The translations under genes were made by a program, and so were the position numbers. Of a DNA stretch of 34,839 bases, positions 34,528 through 34,839 are shown one piece after another (position 1 is the first letter of the stretch; every line of letters begins with the position of its first letter). Origin of the DNA: Octopus sinensis (taxonomy: Eukaryota); NCBI RefSeq assembly GCF_006345805.1, contig NW_021831683.1, positions 1-34,839 of the forward strand. The letters are read 5' to 3'. A model generated the notes under the pieces. That model was not told the origin of the DNA, ran no database searches, and worked only from the letters and a program-made list of their open reading frames with translations.

Positions 34528-34831
34528 CAGGCACATAGCGTTGTGGTTAGAGCAGCAGACTTGCAGTCGAGAGATCGCGGGTTCGAATCTCAGATCGGGC
34601 AATGTGTGTGTTTATGAGCGAAACACCTAAGCTCCACGCGGCTATGGCAGAAGGTAATGGCAAACTTCTGCTGACTCTTTCGTCACAACTTTCTATCACT
34701 CTTTCGTCCTGCATCTTGCAGCTCACCTGCGACGGACCGGCGTCCCGTCCAGGTGGGGAACCTATATGCCAAGGTAACCGGGAAACCGGCCCTTATGAGC
34801 CAGGCATGGCTCGAGAAGGAACAAATAATAT
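34525..34831 (+). mobile_element. tRNA-derived SINE, type C (head shared with type B, different 3' half)
   Basis: gtggttagagcagc A-box, gggttcgaatctc B-box; gagcgaaacacctaagctccacgcggct is shared with 21298-21685. Confidence 0.88.
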
Positions 34832-34839
34832 ATAAATGT

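Overview
AT-rich, microsatellite-dense eukaryotic genomic DNA. The SINE families and simple-repeat landscape match my recollection of Octopus (coleoid cephalopod) DNA; this is an inference, not a database result. There is no intact long gene, and almost all ORFs in the supplied track are translations of microsatellites. Recognisable content: (1) two Tx1/L1-clade LINE remnants, one of which keeps ORF1, the APE and the C-terminus but lacks the RT; (2) an RTE 3' end; (3) a Penelope-like RT/GIY-YIG fragment; (4) six R4/Dong-clade pieces plus an 89-bp orphan piece, mostly embedded in (TAA)n; (5) two Tc1/mariner remnants, two foldback MITE-like elements and a non-autonomous Helitron; (6) many tRNA-derived SINEs of about five types; (7) a 20-copy 24-bp minisatellite; (8) several low-confidence candidate exons on both strands. 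The most notable signal is RNA-level: three minimal type I hammerhead ribozyme motifs of the Penelope type. Two lie in divergent inverted terminal repeats of a 2.5-kb composite bracketed by an exact 13-bp direct repeat (29745-32263), whose internal (TAA)n tract was later invaded by R4/Dong elements. The third (26064-26100, minus) has a non-canonical AUGAAUA core that preserves the 3-8 base pair as A3-U8.
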